A stretch of 61,568 nt of DNA, counting the filler, from an uncultured Rhodopirellula sp. (GTDB taxonomy: Bacteria > Planctomycetota > Planctomycetia > Pirellulales > Pirellulaceae), in the NCBI GenBank assembly GCA_964007735.1. It is 5 parts of 5 records of this genome, joined end to end, with 100 filler letters (N's around TTAATTAATTAA, not from the genome) between each part and the next. Parts side by side here need not be neighbours in the genome. Positions count along the whole stretch, not along the records: positions 49,761 to 61,568 come from CAXGAI010000084.1; 4 more parts are not named here. One strand, written 5' to 3'. The stretch's first letter is position 1, and every line of letters begins with the position of its first letter. The translations under genes were made by a program, and so were the position numbers. The notes under the pieces were generated by a model that was not told where the DNA came from, did not search any database, and saw only the letters and a list, made by a program, of their open reading frames with translations. Shown in pieces: positions 60,601 through 61,568 of this stretch.

Positions 60601-61374
60601 CTGGAAGTCTTCGCTGTTAACGTGTGCTTGAACAAGTGTTCCTGCTACACCGGCCGGGGCGGCAGGGTCTGTTTGCAGGTAACCGGTCGGTTTAATCTGG
60701 TTGATCGTATAGGTTTCGAAAGGCTCAAGGTCCGTAAAGCTGTAACGACCTTCGCTGTCGGTCGTTGCCTTCGGGTCGCTGCTGCTGACCACTCCGTCCT
60801 GATCGGCGTCAACGTAGACGGTCCAGCCTTCAAGGCCGACTTCTGATCCATCGTAAACGCCGTCTACATCGATATCCCGAAAAACAGTTCCAGTTAATTG
60901 GGCTTGATCCAATAGAAAACCAAAGTCAATCCTCTTGTCGTATTCGTCGTTTAGAAAACGAATAGGATAAGATTCGAGAAATTCTCTGGTCGTCTCATAA
61001 ACATTTCCACTACCGGAAGCAACAATCATTGCTGTGTCACCCGCTAACGCCACATCTGCCCCAAACATGTCGCCAGCTTTACCGTCAACCGGGATAAGGC
61101 GATCCGTTTCCTGCCAGACGCCATTATGCAATCGAAAGAGATACGCGCTCCCCGAACTAACGCCATTCGGATCACTCTTGGGGGAACCTACGATTAGCGT
61201 ATCACCGGACACCGATAAGGAGGTGCCAAATTCATCACCCGCTGAAGCGTCATCAGGACGGAGGACATAAGGCATACCTGGAGAGAATTGCCCGGGAGCG
61301 TACTCTTCTTCTGAAAAGCACCAGACGGCACCTTCCCGCCCAGGTGAACTAGCAATAAAATAGCCGTCGGCTAC
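54658..61374 (-). CDS. Giant extracellular adhesin-like protein (FG-GAP, SdrD-B-like, beta-propeller, VCBS/FG-GAP repeats, 8 cadherin/Ig-like repeats, dockerin, cohesin-like domain), 5' incomplete
   Basis: FG.S...G...IVG.P repeats; G.V..D...D...D..E.GL.G.TVY.D domains; D.N.DG..DL repeats; eight ~115-aa repeats; DVNNDG..TPLDAL.IIN.LN. FG-GAP-like sequence continues upstream of Met 61275. Confidence 0.88.
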   Translation of the reverse strand, partial: VADGYFIASSPGREGAVWCFSEEEYAPGQFSPGMPYVLRPDDASAGDEFGTSLSVSGDTLIVGSPKSDPNGVSSGSAYLFRLHNGVWQETDRLIPVDGKAGDMFGADVALAGDTAMIVASGSGNVYETTREFLESYPIRFLNDEYDKRIDFGFLLDQAQLTGTVFRDIDVDGVYDGSEVGLEGWTVYVDADQDGVVSSSDPKATTDSEGRYSFTDLEPFETYTINQIKPTGYLQTDPAAPAGVAGTLVQAHVNSEDFQNLYDLTGTAEGDFYFIGRDHDGSGYNSAELFHYSAETDLTQTLTNTNQPQAVTTDGQSAYWIDADRFGDPVILKRGAGDSSTTVVYPRTSEDDQLTNPVDIEFLQTADEKTELLIMDGEQGQLWLLKAGELANELVKVGAARYEAGSGRHHNSSIVASNNTVYLADAGLEGFDDTPAVIASLPLDGDSWTTLYSGEQAEYAKGITVGRDKVLFSSAHQIYELAKAGGEPTLLVSDSRFGSPAGLWFGSEKLYAVDTLDLTQATSWEVSFDSPVLATADKGWQITPGAGETVTGLDFGNIDSASLGGASSDSNISGRIYQDSNTNNIFDAGDIGLPGRTVYVDLNNNSRLDEGEPVRVTLADDTNTQDNEAGTYLFNGLSADNYRVSLVAEGSLKQTSPVGRKLQASEITVGNGPRTVVTVDVNSDEHLDLVLANGDADNISVLLNDGKGGYTNETKFAVGSTPSGIVALDYNGDGNIDLAVSNLNSTTMSLLAGQGDGTFATAINKRTDFQPTSITVVDVNGDNRQDLVVTSEYAGKINVFTATENGDFNARVDYAAGNSPQNAAVIDYDDDGDRDLAVTNLMDNSITLLTNDGSGVFSLGATLATGSGAYAIAAGDISGDDRDDLIVTNVLGEDISILLANGSGGFLAAQSVSVGKGPTAVELVDIDADGDLDLAVASSNSKSVTVLENHGNGTFRAPEGYGVGNFANSLPFGVTSGDLDGNGFSELIVTNSDANQLSILDNRMGAVSHSVTVDGDADSTNVDFMLAGQSVPTIGPLDELTVAEGSGLTKISLTGITAGANEEQPLSVSVSSTNSELLADLRVDYSSPASLGLLSLTPTEYKHGSSVITVTVTDGGQDNDLNTSADNKTASVSFNYIVTEVNNQPTLDSLPDVNLSEDAAEQTVNLAGITAGPEESQNLRVTALSSDPSLLLNPTVTYSSADPTGTIKFTPVADQSGTATVTVTVEDAGLDNDFNTTADNASFSQSFVVTVAAVNDTPGADVVADLAVNEDAGEQTVALTGIHAGGGETQPLRVTAVSSDTDLFAHPTIQYTSGEATGTLKFTPVANQYGTATVTLTVEDGGLDGDLSTSSDNLSYTQSFNVTVGAVNDAPTINAIDNLTVIDEFGITTVELSGITAGPVESQPLRVTAISSNDDVIANPTVIYTSAEEVGQLKFTPLIAQIGSTTMTVTVEDGGLDNNLETAGDNQTTTETFVVTVVRGNESPTLDTPSDLTIAEDSGIQTIDLTGITAGSGEDQTLRVTAVSANTGLIATPEVDYTSANATGKLRFSPQADQYGVTTITVTVEDAGRDNDLGTTGNNLKVSKTFEVEVTPVNDAPTLGSLNNLSVDEDSPQQTVDLAGITAGGGESQSLRVTSTSSNTALIADPSVTYSSADSVGTINFTPVADQSGTATITVTAEDAGLDNDFSTDGDNQTTTQTFTIAVNAVNDSPVIGEVADVSIPEDTLQKSITITGIDAGGGENQKTRLTGSVSNESLFTSWALDHTIGAANASLDITPVPNQYGTSDITVIVEDAGLDNSFETAADNKVSSRTFAFTIQAINDPPVFAELESFAIQKNSSEIQVQVAEITSGPLETQPLSFSVTSSNAELIPTPAITYNQGDSNASLRFTPSAHLTGTSTITVTVEDGGLDNDLSTTGDNLTYSDSFTVTVAPENAWHNYAKPTDVNNDGNTTPLDALNIINYLNEHGSVPLPMDRSSAEPPFYDVSKDGWISPVDAIQIINELNVFPYTVTIGVQATAANGDVISEVEVGSIFYLTMTAEDHRDDAKGVYAAYADAYYDSNLITVVGAPQFIDPYINVKNSDLGINGLIDEWGAVAGGSPTGSGANVVSRVPLRATAAGQVLFGAAAVDDQNLRAIAVYGSNDAVPTSEINYQAFNLKITDGEGEEAEGEAYFAEPLESSVESNNIHVPAELTQLLIDDALRTDSTSNWLDSLNGLEQESELDSGDDWLETIDEWFEEEE
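55590..58290 (-). repeat. Eight tandem ~345-nt cadherin/Ig-like domain repeats
   Basis: Recurrent ND.P...ED...L.GI.AG..E.Q.LRVTA.SS...FTP...G....TVTVED.GLDND....DN unit. Confidence 0.85.
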
Positions 61375-61568
61375 TCGATGGTCACCCCGCCCGCGTCCTC
61401 CGCCTCCCTCTCCTGAGACCTCCTCTTTTGCTGCACCTCTTGCTCGTCGTGGGCAAAGTACGTAGCAACAGCAGGTCCGGAGTTGGGCATGACCACTGCC
61501 GCAGCCGCATCATCACCCGGAGTCTGGCTTGCATGCGTGCCATCTTGGCTCACGTGCCGCGAGAACTC

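Noticed and set aside
61371..61553. 60-aa ORF as a real gene of this genome
   Set aside because: It is compositionally distinct, sits at the contig end and abuts the interrupted adhesin frame; likely chimeric.

Overview
The window is five unrelated ~12 kb contigs (1-12899, 13000-25284, 25385-37556, 37657-49660, 49761-61568) joined by artificial 100-nt N44-TTAATTAATTAA-N44 linkers and ordered by decreasing length, so adjacency across linkers means nothing. Gene content points to a Planctomycetota genome, probably a Pirellulaceae-like MAG: a DUF1501/PSD1-cytochrome c pair, a Minf_1886-like protein, an FlgI-HEAT protein and a giant dockerin-bearing extracellular protein. It is mostly housekeeping and planctomycete-typical genes: pepA, a UbiD-family decarboxylase, tRNA-Leu(GAG), rplM-rpsI, pntAA, a DEAD-box helicase, groES, tkt, mqnA, dnaJ-like-rnpA-yidD, smc and nrdR. 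I see no CRISPR array, rRNA, transposase or integrase. The most notable observations are: (i) a tRNA 3'-end fragment with nearby direct repeats that looks like an att site bordering a giant adhesin with a dockerin plus cohesin-like tandem; (ii) a non-flagellar FlgI-like lipoprotein directly upstream of smc; (iii) a prenyltransferase-fold/RicT(PSP1)/Minf_1886/small membrane protein/Ser-Thr kinase cluster; (iv) a redoxin-cytochrome c-Cu monooxygenase-like fusion; (v) low-complexity tails on PntAA and on a DEAD-box/cold-shock fusion. Three coding regions absent from the ORF track were read by hand. All family assignments come from motif recognition, not database searches.
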